A stretch of 64,000 nucleotides of DNA from Bispira polyomma (taxonomy: Eukaryota): positions 28,892,001 to 28,956,000 of the forward strand of contig OZ287755.1 of NCBI GenBank assembly GCA_965649765.1. The letters run 5' to 3'. The first letter of the stretch is position 1. Each line of letters starts with the position of its first letter. Below are positions 13,100 to 26,147 of the stretch, in pieces. Under the pieces are notes generated by a model that saw only the letters and a program-made list of their open reading frames with translations, was not told the origin of the DNA and made no database searches. Made by a program: the position numbers and the translations under genes.

Positions 13100-16000
13100 G
13101 TCAATGCTCCTTGTATACAAAGATAGTAGGAAAAGCCAATGAAGTTCCACTATTCGTAAACAATCAGATAGTTATTGCTCTGATTGACACTGGATCGATG
13201 GTAAGTACAATGTCAGCAAGCTTTGGTAAGTCATTAAATCTAACTGTCCAGCCATTGGATCGGTTACTGACAGTAGAAGGTGCTGGTGGTCATCAGTTGG
13301 TTTACCTTGGATATGTGGAGGTGCAGGTAAGCTGTCCTGATATTGGTGCAACTGATTTACCAGTAATCATGCTTGTACTGCCAGATACCAAGTATCATGA
13401 AAGGGTACCAGTACTAAAAGGTGTTATTGTGACTCCAAGTGTCAACCACATTCAGCCTGGTAAATCAAATTCGAAGCTACCTGTGGAAATAGTCAACCAT
13501 CTCGGACAGTCTGTGACCATTCCTGCCAAAGCTCGCATATGTGATTTATACAGCACAGATGAAATCATCACTTTGGATTCGAAAAAATCTGGACACCAGC
13601 TTACTTGCCCAACCATTGATGACATAGAACACGCTGAATTGTCAAGTTTTTTGGCCAGTATGGATCACACAAAGGACAGTTTGTCTGATAAGCAGGTGGA
13701 GGAAGTACAACAACTTTTGTCTAAGTGGCACTTTGTTTTTTCACTACATGATATGGACCTTGGAGTCACTGATAAGGCGGTACATCACATCAAATTGAGG
13801 GATGATACTCCTTTCAAGGAACGGCCAAGACCAATACCGCCATTGATGTTTGAAGACGTTCGGGACCATCTCAAGGAAATGGAGTCATTGGGGGTTATTC
13901 GCAAGTCACAGAGCCCATATGCTTCCAATGTGGTCATTGTGAGGAAGAAATCTGGTGCTCTGAGATTTTGTTTGGATCTTCGTCTGCTGAACAGTAAAAC
14001 TATACCTGATTGTTACAGCCTTCCTAGAATTGACACTACATTAGATATTCTGACAGGTTCTAAGTGGTTCAGTGTGTTAGGCTTAAAATCAGGTTATTGG
14101 CAAGTGCCATTAGCAGAAGAGGACAAGTGCAAGACCGCATTTACTGTTGGACCATTAGGCTTTTGGGAATGCGAACAGATGCCGTTCGGCTTGACCAATG
14201 CCCCAGCAACTTTTCAACAACTGATGGAGAATTGCATGCGAGATTTACATCTAAATTACTGCCTTTTGCACTTAGATGATATCATTGTGTTTAGTAAAAC
14301 CTACGAAGAACATCTGGTATGTCTGCAGGCAATTTTTGAAAAGCTGAAAGAAGCATGTTTAAAACTTAGCTCGTCAAAATGTCATTTCTTCAGAAAGATT
14401 ATAAAATATCTGGGTCATATAATATCTGAAGAAGGTATTTCAGTTGATCCTGAAAAGATATCTTGTGTACAGAATTGGCCTGTGCCTAAGTCTGTTACTG
14501 AAGTTCAGCGTTTTGTTGGTTTTACCAGCTTCTATCGTCGTTTTGTTAAGGATTTTGCTAGGATAGCTCGCCCTTTGCATCAAGTTACTCAGGGTGGTAT
14601 TCATTATCAGACTAAAACAAGGTCCAAAGTGCGATATCCGCCATTGGATTGGAATCCAGAGCAGCAAAATGCTTTTGACCAGTTGAAACAGGCTTGTTGT
14701 AATACTCCTATACTTGGTTTTACAGACTATGCCAGACCATTCCTTTTGCATACTGATGCCAGTGGTGAAGGGATAGGGGCAGTATTGCATCAAGAGCAGG
14801 ATGGAATTCAAAGAGTCATAGCCTATGCAAGTCGGGGTTTATCCAAGTCTGAGAAAAATTACCCCATTCATAAGTTGGAATTCTTAGCACTTAAGTGGGC
14901 TATTACAGAGAAATTACATGACTATTTGTATGGGAATGAATTCACCGTAATGACAGACAACAATCCCCTGACATATATACTTAGTTCTGCTAAGTTAGAT
15001 GCAACAGGACATCAATGGGTTGCTCAATTAGCAAACTATCGCTTCACTTTGAAATATTGTACTGGAGTTTCGAACAGAGTTGCTGATGCTCTGTCACAAA
15101 TTCAATGGCCAGAAGTTAGCACACAAGTAGTACAGCAAGTATTGAAGGTGCATGTGAACAACATTGATCCAATTGAAAGCTTTTGCTATGACCAACAAGC
15201 AGTACCTAGGGAGTTGGAAGAGAATGTAGCTAATTCATTGGAACAGGTCATTGATTGGGTTTCTGAACAGGATCAGGATCCTGTTATCAAGGTAATCAAG
15301 AAGAAACTTGTTAATCAGTTAAAAGGAACTGAGCTTTCACCACAAGCAAAGCGTTTATGGAAAGAAAGAAAAAGACTTTCTATCATTAGTGGCAAACTAA
15401 TGCGAAGTAGGGTTTGCTCAGGTTCAAAGCAGTGGCAATTGGTCTTGCCCAGTAAGTATTGGAAAGTAGCTCTAGAATTAGTGCACAACAGGATGGGTCA
15501 CCTTGGAAGGGATTTTTTTGTGCATTATGGGTTTCCAAAGCGATTGCATAGTGACCAAGGGCGTAATTTCGAAAGCAAGACAATTGAGGAACTTTGTAAA
15601 TTAGCAGGGATACAAAAGAGTAGAACAACACCATATCACCCAATGGGAAATGGAATTGCAGAAAGGTTCAACTCTACTCTGTTGAATATGTTGGGTACTC
15701 TTGATCCAGGGAAAAAGATTGACTAGAAAAGTCATATTGGATCACTAGTACATGCATACAATTGCACCAAACATGATACTACTGGATTTTCCCCGTATTT
15801 CCTCATGTTTGGTCGCCATCCTCGTATTGCTGTGGATCTTATACTTAGTCAAAAGCAGGAAAATGTCCATAAATCAGTGGATCATTATGTTGTCAACCTC
15901 CGTACTCGGCTGACGAAGGCTTATGAGTTGGCAGAGTCAAGTATCAGGAATTCTCAGGCTGATCAAAAGAAGATGTATGACAGGCGTATCCGAGGAGCTG

Positions 16001-16773
16001 TGTTGGAAGTTGGCGACAGAGTATTAACTTGTGTTGTTGGTTTGAAAGGAACAAACAAGATTGCAGATAAATGGAGCAAGGAAGTTTATATTGTAACTTC
16101 ACAACCTAATCTTGAAATTCCGATTTATGGCGTTAAACCAGAAGTAGGTAAAGGGAAAGCAAAAGTGTTGCATAGGAATCTTTTACTTCCTGTTCCTTGT
16201 TTGCGTCTGTTTAAGCCGGTTCCTAAAAAGAGGAAAATATTGAAGGAAGAATCCAGTGATATTTCTGAAGAAGTGAGCAAATGTGTGGATTTGGATAGTC
16301 AGTCTGATTTGAGTTTTACACTGGTTAAGCATCCGATGGGTACTCCACCAAGAAGTATACCAGTGCCAACACCTAGACGAAGTAGAACTCAAACTGTGAC
16401 ACCAAATCCCACACAAACAATACATGAGACTGATCTTGACGATACGGCTACTGACAGTTTTACTCTAGATCCTCAGAGAGATTCCTCAAATACTTCATCT
16501 TCCCATTTTGATAGTTCATCTAGTTTGCAATCAGAACAGGCAATTTCTTCTGGGACAGAAAATGTCTCTGAAGGTAATCATAGTGGGGATGATAGTTCTG
16601 AGAAGGAGGAAAGTAATGTGGAAGTGCAAGCACCCAGACGATCAAGTAGGATCAAGTCCAAGTCCCATTTGAGGCCTGATTATGTGTATGATTTTTCACA
16701 TACCTCAAGCAGCAGGGAAAGTGAAGTGTTGCAGAAAGTAAAATTCCTGAAAGAAATGGTCAAGCTCTTTTAA
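13054..16773 (+). pseudogene. pol: Gypsy Pol (protease, RT, RNase H, integrase), disabled
   Basis: ALIDTGS protease; RT with LGLKSGYWQ (D>G) and HLDD (Y>H); RNase H TDAS...KLEFLAL. Integrase is internally deleted (HNRMGHLGR|DFFVHYGFPKRLHSDQGRNFES) and has a TAG at 15724-15726; the frame continues to 16773. Confidence 0.92.
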
Positions 16774-17072
16774 TGTTTAGTATATTTTGTATATTTTAGA
16801 CAGTGGCATAGTTTGAATTCGGTTGATTTTTCATTTTTAATCATCGCTGCGAGAATTCTGGGTGTGTCATGGCAAAATGTTAAAATGTGATGATCCTGTA
16901 CAGACGTTCGTCATGCTAAAACTCAGAATGGGTTAGGAAATTTTTTAGAGACAACTGGTAAAGTCAAGGTTGGGGTCAAATCAGTGAAAGATTTTGAAAA
17001 GCTTAGAAGGATGTTAGTAAGACATCATTTTATTATAAATGTCAGGATGACATTTCCTCACACAGGGAAGCA

Positions 17073-17851
17073 TGTGACAGTGAAATGGAGAAGTCGATAA
17101 AATATTTATTTAAACGGCTACAAATATTTCGGCGATCGAATTTCAGTTATTGTCGAAAATAAACGGACGGAAGTCGAGTGTTTTAAATGTTAAAAGGAGA
17201 GGGAATTTGAAGCTGTTAAGCTTGTGTGTGTTTATTTAGGAAGTGTTGATGTGTGCAGGTTAGTTTGCAGTATAGATTGAATGTAAATGTGTATGTATGT
17301 GAATTATCCTTTATAGTTTTAGTTTGTATGGTTAACTTGTCTTATAGTCTTGTAGATGTAGCACTGTTGTAGCAACTATGTTATTAGTTCTGTTAATGGT
17401 TAATCTTGTAATAATATATATATGGTGCTGGCATGGTTGGTTGTATAGTTATAACAAAACTGTGATAATGTCTACATATCATTTACATAGATGGTTGCAG
17501 ATTGTAGTTGTCGTTAGCCTGTGATTTTAATAAAAATATAGCCTATTTTGCTGTGATAATTATTATTAACTTATTCTGGTAGTATTATTTGATATGTAGC
17601 AACTATATAATTCTAGTCTAATATTGTCAATAGAAATCTAGCCTAAGTACTAGTCTAATTAAAGGTTATGTAATTACAGGTGTTCTCGATGTATTGGAAC
17701 TGCACCATGGGGCAGCTTCTGTGAGTCATTCATGGTATGCGCCAGATTAGAATAAGTAATAAAACTTTTAGTTAAGACGTTTGTTCTCTGTGATGTGTTA
17801 TCATTCCCCCTGAAGTCCGGTACCTTAAGAAGTTAGGACCCAACGGCAACA
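17073..17851 (+). repeat. 3' LTR
   Basis: Direct repeat of 9433-10218, preceded by a short purine tract AGGGAAG. Confidence 0.95.
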
Positions 17852-18310
17852 TCATATTCACTTAAAAATTAGATATATCCTTAGTTTTGAGGACTTATCG
17901 TCAGGCATACTGATAATCCATATAATAACCTTGTTTACATTGAAACTATGACCGACAATATGATAGTTACAAAATGTAACTGAAACTAGCATCAATGGGG
18001 CAACTTCAAACAACTGGAACACCAATAAGAATTCAAGGCACATAGCTGTAGTGTAACATTACAATCTCTCTTACAGGGATACCTATTTTTCTTTTTCTGT
18101 GCTCTAACTGAGCGTTCTCATAAAGGAATGATGTGTTTTTTATTTGCTTCGTTTTTGCACTAATTGATCTGATAACACTGGACCTTAGCTAATTACTTGT
18201 GAATCTTTCCAATAGACTCTTTTAAAAGCTGTGGATATTATTAGATTGCAAAGATCTGTCAATTTTTACAAGGCTCTATAAGCAGGAGCTTACATTTGTC
18301 GGATATACAA

Positions 18311-18514
18311 TTTTTTTTATTGGGATGGATAGTTGGAACGCTGGAGGAAACAGTTATTCAAGGTTCTGCACTGAAACCAGCAGCCTACAGTTAGGAACTA
18401 CCACCTTTCCCACATAGGCATCAACAGAAGTCGAACCCAGGCCAGTCGATCCCAGAGGTGAGAGGCCAGTGATTTCAAAACTGACGCTTATAGCTGCCAG
18501 GCCACCGCGGTTCC
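18311..18514 (-). mobile_element. tRNA-derived SINE (family A)
   Basis: Reverse complement of the 45059 copy with an internal deletion near the tail. Confidence 0.8.
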
Positions 18515-20035
18515 TCATACAGTACAGTAAAAGTAGGTCAACGTGTAAGCCAAGGTTCTATCCAGGTAGTCGTTCAATATATATTTTCTAAGATCTTTTT
18601 GTTCTATTACATAGCAGAACAAAAATAGTTGTGTTTAAAAAAAGACACAGGCGCGCAGTGTGGAACACACTAATGCTGATATGGCTAGTATATACATGGG
18701 CAAATCTGACAAACCTCATTGCTTTCAACCAATCCATAAATTCCTTACATATTATTTCTAAGCTCTTTTTCTCACAATGCATACCATCAGTAAAAATCAA
18801 AACATTGTCAAGGACAGTAAACTCTGTCTAGTCTTTTTTCTTCTAGATGCAGGTAGATATGATGAAGCCTGACTGGTACACACATCTTGTGAAAGAACCT
18901 AGGTGAATGAACGGTCAATGCGTGTGGTCTTATAAGACAGACTTGCTAAAGTTACAACTAACTAAAAATAACTTTTCTTGTAAAACATGTGTCTCTAGTC
19001 ACAGAAAAAAAATGAGGGTTGCCTGTTTGAAAACAGTATTGAAGAGGACAATAATACCAGTGACATTATTAGTGCTGAAGTTATTTTTGTTGGCAATAGA
19101 ACATAAAGTGGACAGTTCCCAACGCGCTCTTATGTGTACACAAGCTGCTAGCCAGTTAGGGGTGGGAACAAGAACAGTGGCCAGCATGGTGGAAACAGCC
19201 CACCTGCTGGTATCTTTTTTGTCTACGCCAAAAACGTCGCAACATGTCCAGAGAGAAGTGAACCCGAGGCTGGCGGAGCTGGCGAAAATCAATGAAACAG
19301 GTAACCAAAAAATCCCAATGGGGGACACAGAAACAGTGCGGGTTAAAAAAAACTTTCCTTGGCTTCAAAACCATATTCTAGAGGGTCAGAATAAAAGTAG
19401 GTCATCTTATTATTTTTTTTTATGTAGGTTATCTTATGACAATTTGTCAACAGTTTTCTTATGTGGTGTTGTTAGATAATTTAAAGTGGAAGACAATAAA
19501 AAGATACTGTTTTGGAGTTAATTTTGTACATGTTACTATATCTATGTGCAATGTTACAGTAAATGAAAAAAATATTTAAAATTATAAGAAACAACTAGGA
19601 TTCTAAATGAACCCAAACCCAAATTAGAAAGGGGAGGGGATGATGTTAGAAAAGGTGTGTGGAATTACAGAGGCAGCTTGAGATGTGGACTGTAAGTACG
19701 TCCATACGGCTGAACTGCGCCAAAGGCCATGTTCTGGAGGAAAATGTTGCTGTTAAAAGCTAGGGAGGATCTGCGGAAGGTGTGAAACCCGTGTGTTGAG
19801 TGGTCAATACCGATATGTTGTATAATCATCCTCAAAGCTGCCCTGATGTGTGAGTCTACAATGGGGTAATGTTGGGGTTTTGCTGAAGTGAATAATGGGG
19901 TAGAAGATGCCATCCCCCTGTTATTAATCAGCAGAGTAAGTTCTGTGACTGGGCAGTGGAAGTTTTATTGTGGGTAACTGGACTATATAAGACTTAGATC
20001 TATCCTGCTTGTTATTTGCCCATTTTATTATAATA

Positions 20036-20248
20036 CACGGGCGGTCACAATACCGGTCGGATCACAATACCGTTCGACGCACATTTTAAAGCTTAAAACG
20101 TAGATTTATTCAAAGTAAAATAAAGTATTCTGTACTTTAATTTATAGACATTAAGTAGCATGTGTTTTCAGTATTAATTTCCGTCAGTAAAGTATTTTAA
20201 AATGCAATGGACGGTATTGTGACCCGACCGGTATTGTGACCGCCCGTG
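20036..20248. mobile_element. MITE with ~38-bp TIRs and TA TSD (Tc1/mariner-type), inserted in YR
   Basis: TA|CACGGGCGGTCACAATACCGGTCGG...CCGACCGGTATTGTGACCGCCCGTG|TA. Removing it restores colinearity with the YR at ~31900-31960. Confidence 0.9.
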
Positions 20249-20726
20249 TATGTACCCCGGGAGGGCCAAATATTACATCTTGAATTAGCAGATTTCTTGT
20301 GGAATCAAATTTCCTTCTAAAATGTGGGGCTGTAGAAAGCCACTACGGAGCCCTGATTGGGTACCTTCAGAATTTCAGAATTATTTACTCTAATTTGTCC
20401 TGTGTCATAACTGAATCAAACTGCTCGCTAGAATCACTAATTGTGACCATTTCCCTGCTACTCTTAACACTCTTGCACTGTCTGATTGTTCGTTCGCACA
20501 TGCATCCTTGCTGGAAGGTTGTGCATTGTCTGACCTCTTAGCTATGCTTGCTTTAACACACTTAAAATCTGAATAGCTATTTTCTTTCTATTCAGTGAAA
20601 GGTAACAGTGATTACAAATGAGTCTGTATTGCTTGTGATCGCTGTCATGGCTACAAGAGCCATTATTAAAGAATATACACATATTTTTCAATTTCTGCAT
20701 GGATTGTGGGTCTGTGAAACATGGCC

Positions 20727-20963
20727 AATAATTAAAGCCAGTTGTGATGTGCTCATCCGGTTCAGTGACCACTGTGTGGAATTCAACCAGTCTAAGCGTC
20801 CCTCTTCAATTTCCTGCACATTAAGTGGTCAGCCATCCTTGACATAATAATTAAAGCCAGTTGTGATGTGCTCATCCGGTTCAGTGACCACTGTGTGGAA
20901 TTCAACCAGTCTAAGCGTCCCTCTTCAATTTCCTGCACATTAAGTGGTCAGCCATCCTTGACA
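20727..20963. repeat. Exact 118-bp tandem duplication within gag remnant
   Basis: 20727-20844 equals 20846-20963. Confidence 0.9.
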
Positions 20964-22799
20964 GCAGACCAGGGTAGCGACGCTGAGTCTCTAAGTGTGT
21001 AGATCATTTGATACATCATATTATGCATTGTAGTGAGGTCCGAAACCTGCGCACTGTTAAACAGTTGTCCAGCAGCCCACTGAGTTAGTGATAGGTCGTC
21101 ATAGTTGGGCCGTTTGTCGGCAGTACCCACCAACCACCCTTTGTTTTCTCAACGTGCTTGTGAGTCAGAGGTGGACACGTCAGTGGTGGTGAATAGGCCA
21201 GATTTGTGTCAAAGTGAAATTTTACTCTTGTGAAAGGTTGTGCTTGAGGTGTATGTCATATGCTGCTAGTCTCTGGTTGATGGCGGCATTGACATCCAGC
21301 AGCATTCTTAGCGCATCTAGACAAGGGTTGATCCCATCACACTGGAAGTCCTGGTGCGAGCCCTGAGGTAATGTCTAACTGCTGGTTAAGTAAGCAGGAG
21401 CTGGTTGTAGGTTAACCTGCGTATGTGATGGTAATGTCGCTGCAATGGTCGGCCGTAGGTCGAGCATAGTATTGCTTGTGGCTTGGTGGTTGTGGCTGTG
21501 GGTTAACCTGGGCGTGTAGTTGTAATGTGGCTGCAAAAGTAGGTAAAAAGTCGAGCATAGCATTATTAGTGGCCTGGTGGTTGGGAGATGTCACAGGACT
21601 AGAGTTAGTTACATGACCCAGTTCAATCTTATATAGCCATCTGTTTAGATCAACGTTGGCCGTTTTAAGCCTTAAGTACTGTTTTTACCTCAGCTAGATT
21701 GTTCTCACAACTCGATGTACCTTGTCGCTCAACTTCTGTCAGCGGGATGTGTGGATTTATTACCACAGGATCAACTAGTTTCTCCACTGCACCACGTCTT
21801 GTAGTTGCCTTCTTCTTGACTTGGGGAGCTGTGCCAGGTGTCTTTTTAATTCTTCCCATTGTTTATATTGTAAAACTGCGTGTTAAAAACTTATTGTAAA
21901 AACTGAAAAGCCTAAATCTAACACAGTTTAATGAAGAAAATAAACAGTGTTGACCATGCCAATGCGTGGACCAATATGGCACCCAAAAGTGGGGACACAC
22001 AAGATAATTAGAGGGGGTCTAATTAGTGATGGGCTAATCAGGTAAAGGAGGGATGGACAGAAGATTCGACAATAATAGTTTTACAAAAGGGAAATTTCTG
22101 TGGGATGGTGAACTAAATCAGCAGACTCCTGAAGTTATCATGCTAGACAAGGGTTTCTGGTTTCTGAAAATGATACTAAAAATAGGAATTGTATGCTAGA
22201 ATATATGCGAGATCTTATGGAAGATGCTCACGACTAATACTAATACCCAAAGTTGGTCAAGATTTTGCTGATAGTAAAAATGGCAGTATTGCGGTATTAA
22301 ATTGTCAAAAAAATTAAATGTTAGAGTTGTATATAATTCCATGTCTGGACATGACGGTGGTAAGAAGTAGAGAGCAGGTTGGGCTAGGTATAACAATAAA
22401 TCCTATGCTGAGGTGGTTAGGGCTAAAAAGAGGGTGCATTTGGGCCTAAGTACGGCAAGTAACAACAGAGAATGTGAAATGCCCACAGGTCAGAGCTCCA
22501 ATTTTTGCTTACATGTTCAAAAAATAAAATGTACAAACAGTGTATATAATAACCATGTTTTCAGAAATGTGTACTCAGGAAAGCAATGTGCCAATATTGG
22601 GCTGATTGAAAAGGTTTCCCAGTGGAGAAAGGAGAAGGTGTCAAAATATTTACAGGTAACACTAGAAACGTAAAACAAAACACTGCACAAGAAGTCCCCG
22701 TCGAATGAATGGAAAATTAATTAGCTGGCACTAACAAAGGTGGCCATTTGGAGGGCCGAGGTCGACACAAGGGCTATTGCTGTCCCTATGTTATAGACT

Positions 22800-23005
22800 G
22801 GTATCCCAGTTGAGCTTAGATTACTTGGAATCCTTTCTGGTTTTAGGAAAAAGCTTAGAACCTATCTCTTCAACTCGCAAACACACCTTAGTTCCCTCCT
22901 TGTACACCCCACATCCTTCCTTATGACCTTGTCTTTGTTTTGTGTAGATCTCCACAGGGTAAAATATTCTGTTGTTGCGCTCCAGAAAATACAGCGCATC
23001 AAAAA
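22800..23005 (+). mobile_element. 3' end of L2/CR1-type LINE
   Basis: Translates PVELRLLGILSGFRKKLRTYLFN (typical ORF2 C-terminus); terminal TGCGCT...AGCGCA stem-loop. Confidence 0.65.
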
Positions 23006-23789
23006 GGCCTGTTAAAAAAGCCATAATACACTACAATTATTGTCTATAATATTAATACACAAGAATGTTTAAAGGGTTTTGAGCATCTGAGCTAGCTGCT
23101 TGTAATGTTGATAAAATGGTTTGGTTTCATAAACGATTGATCTGATTATGTTATGTTTTGTATTCATTATCTGGCTGTTTGCTCGCTTGCTTCTCCAAAT
23201 AATTGCTACTTGGTGATCACCTTATATTTGTACTGAGATCCCAATTAATGAACAATTTTCGATTCTCCTGAACATTCTGAACATTACCAGCACATCAAAT
23301 TCCATGATTAATCGTAAGGACTAAGGTTACAAGCTTAACACTAAATGAATGCAAAAACAGTTATGTAAACTAACAAGTATTGATCTAATTCAAGTGTAAC
23401 ATTATTACGCTTTATTATTGGAGTTCTCAGAATAAAAAAAAAGATATGTTTATGCTCCAAATGTTTTATTATAGGGGGAGGGGTTACTGAACTATTCCAA
23501 TAAGATACAGCTGAAGGTAAATGTCAAAGACCTTAAAATATGAGGAGACACATATGTTAATCTTCACATTTTTACCTTTCATACACATATATTACTAAAG
23601 CTACTGTCACACGTAAAGTTGAGTTTCACAGAATTATTATTTCTCATCCCAATAATAGGAGCAAAATTTAAATTTAGGAAATGAAACTAAAATATCGACT
23701 TTTTAAGATAGTGGTCAATGTTCATTGTTTTTAGATGAAATATCTATACAATGTTATTTTGTAATTTTAATCTGAAAAGAGTTTGACGT

Positions 23790-24215
23790 TGTTTCTGTGA
23801 CCTTGTGGTTAGAGCATTTGACTTTGGGTCCGAGGGCCCCATGATTGATCCTCACTGCAGGCCTAGAGACAGTACCTCTTGAACAAGGTATTCTACACAA
23901 AGTTGTTGTCTCTTCACCCAGGTGTATAAATGGATACCTGGTTGCTAATGAATGTTAGTCCCTGTGCCATATGTGGCAGTATGACTAGTATGCTGAGAGT
24001 AAACAAAAAGGCTGACAAAGTGGAATAATCCCGGCTGGGGTGTAAATTGCCAAATGATGCCTTATGGGCTGGTCACAACTACACGTGTTAATGTCCCCCA
24101 ACGTACCTAAGCAATAAACACTGAAAACGTGTGACGATGTTGGTTCTTATACACACTAGAACGTGTGGGTGTGACCAGGACATTATTAGAGGTGATATCA
24201 GACTACAAACACATA
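23790..24215 (+). mobile_element. SINE family B (tRNA head plus Deu/Nin-like domain), interrupted by a MITE
   Basis: tRNA-like head GTGACCTTGTGGTTAGAGC...; CACCCAGGTGTATAAATGGATACCTGG; tail GTGATATCAGAC shared with 9193-9428. Confidence 0.75.
24065..24182. mobile_element. PIF/Harbinger-type MITE (118 bp)
   Basis: TTA|TGGGCTGGTCACAACTACACGT...ACGTGTGGGTGTGACCAGGACA|TTA. Absent from the paralogous SINE at ~9395. Confidence 0.8.
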
Positions 24216-24284
24216 TGTACATGGAATTATTAGGTACATCGACTGGGATTGTGTAAGTAAGACCTATAGTTTAATTTGTGCTTT

Positions 24285-24626
24285 AAGGGGCAAATAGACC
24301 TGACTAAGTTTTCTTCCAAATCTGTCATCCGACGTCCGTTTCAGTCATCCAAAAAAATTGAAATATAACAAAATAGAGAAGTAGAATACACCTGGCCGAC
24401 GACACATCTGATTCGGGAGCTGAATTAAGGACGTGAATCTTAAGTAAATTTCATTGTTTTGTGAGGTTGGTGACATATTTATGTCTTAAACAGTATTGTT
24501 TTCCATGTGATTTTTGTGTAAATCGGCAAGTTTTCCCGGATGTAGTGGATCTCCAAATTCGGGCGTCGAATGAAGGAAGCGGATGATGGATTAGGAAGAA
24601 AAATCGGCCATGTATAATTGCCCCTT
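24285..24626. mobile_element. Non-autonomous TIR element, possibly Kolobok-like
   Basis: AAGGGGCAAATA...TTTTCTTCC at the left and GGAAGAAAA...TAATTGCCCCTT at the right, in TTTA-like context. Confidence 0.55.
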
Positions 24627-25085
24627 TAGGGAACTTTTTACATCTTATGACAAACTTGCAAAAATAAATCAATTAAAGAAAACACATCCTCAGGTATTGT
24701 GCACTAATAATCCATACAACGGCCTTGTTTACTTTGAAACCATGGCCGATAATACAATATACATATTGAGAAAAAGTAACTGACACTTGTGTCAATAGGG
24801 GCAGCTTTAAACAACAGCAAAAAATATTGAAATAAATGTTTACAAAGCTGCAAAGCATAGCAGACAAAATTGTCTATTTTTTGTACTAATTTACCCATCT
24901 CATGCAGACGTCATCAAATATATCAATCAAATGTAACAAATAAAAATTTGCACCAGAAAGTTGTTTTTATTTTGTTTCTAATATTTTCTTTAAGAGAATC
25001 AACTAATACAAAAGAAATAGCTACAGATATCATATTACACAGACAGTGCTAAATGCTGTGATTCTATAAATGAATATACTGTGTA

Positions 25086-26147
25086 TAAGCCGGTCACATC
25101 TACACGTACATCATACCGTAAAGTGTATGGTTCTCGTTGAAAGTATGATCTAGTATTGTAGTGAAAACGTCTGTCACATAGTTATTATGACGTCATTAGC
25201 ATCGTTAAAGCCTAGTCACACCTACACGTGCTGGACCTACGTGGGTGTGACGTTTTAAACGTAGTAGAAAGTAATGCAAAAGTGAGGATCCCTGCTGCGT
25301 TTGTTACATGACGTTGCTTAACGGATTATATCATCCCAGAAACGTGTGCTTTTATAAATGTGCAACGATTATTTCAAACTGTTTGAAACAATCGTGACAG
25401 AGCTCTCCGTTTCTCTACATCCTGGAGAACACAGTAGTAAGTAGCACATAATAGTAGTAGGTAGCACAACGTAGTAGTAAGTAGCAATAATTTGTTATTT
25501 CTAGTACTAAATACTAATAAAGTGTTTCTTTTATCTGTGGCAGATTTGTCATTAAAACGTCATATAAACGCCACAGAAACGTTATAATACGTCACAGGCA
25601 GGTCATAAAACATCATTGAAACGTCATAATACGTTACAGGAAGTTCAAAAAAAAGTCACAGAAACGTCACAAACATAAGTAGCAGTTATGTATCGAAACA
25701 CGAAACTACTACGTTCTCAGCAGCCATGTTTCGGGACGATAACCTGTGTTGGTGTGACCAGGCCATTAATAACTGTTCAGTAATGGTAGTTACATTTAAC
25801 AACGGATTTGAAACATACAGCCAAATAGTAGAAGGAATATAATTAAATTCAATGTACGTTTTGTGACGTTTTGGACGATTCATGACTTTTTTGACAAATC
25901 TGCCCTAGATCAAAATACAACAAAAATGGCCACTTTATCAGAACCTACCACTACGTGAGGCTACTTACTGGAAAGTTACTTCTACTAATGCTGCTCACTG
26001 CTACTTTAGTGAAACGTTTTGTGACGAATACAGACGAATATAGAAATGGAGAGCTCTGCCACAATGTTTGCAAAGACATTGGAACAAATTCTAATTTTTA
26101 GTGACATTTCAACATAGAAGCTAAACAGAGAGGTGTAACCGGGGCCA
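25086..26147 (-). mobile_element. Harbinger-type MITE (outer), host of a nested copy
   Basis: Ends AAGCCGGTCACATCTACACGT and GGTGTAACCGGGGCCA|TTA; internal GGAGAGCTCTG motif is inverted relative to the inner copy. Confidence 0.65.
25208..25765 (+). mobile_element. Harbinger-type MITE (inner, nested)
   Basis: TTA|AAGCCTAGTCACACCTACAC...GTGTTGGTGTGACCAGGCCA|TTA. Confidence 0.8.

Larger units (their letters stand above)
9433..17851 (+). mobile_element. Full-length Ty3/Gypsy LTR retrotransposon (inactivated)
   Basis: Two ~780-bp TG...CA LTRs, PBS, gag, and pol in PR-RT-RH-IN order. Flanks TTAT / TCAT give a 4-bp TSD with one mismatch. Confidence 0.97.
19450..22148 (-). mobile_element. Internally deleted YR retrotransposon, close relative of 26977-33805
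   Basis: A-like repeat (GTCTAGCATGATAACTTCAGG...) at ~21950-22148, gag pieces (MGRIKKTPG..., DDLSLTQWAAGQLFN, CIFFNNGSCSHDSDH), RT/RH absent, YR C-terminal half (IGIDHSTHGFHTFRRS), and a single B repeat ending AACTGT at 19450. Confidence 0.9.

Noticed and set aside
18907-19479. 190-aa ORF and an 11-nt match (GCCTCGGGTT) to the spacer units
   Set aside because: No recognisable domain, the match is too short, and the region lies outside the element end at 19450.
22150-22770. Possible sixth YR element end (minus-strand TGTGTCGA at ~22762-22769)
   Set aside because: Only an 8-nt resemblance to the A-repeat start, with no supporting coding homology.
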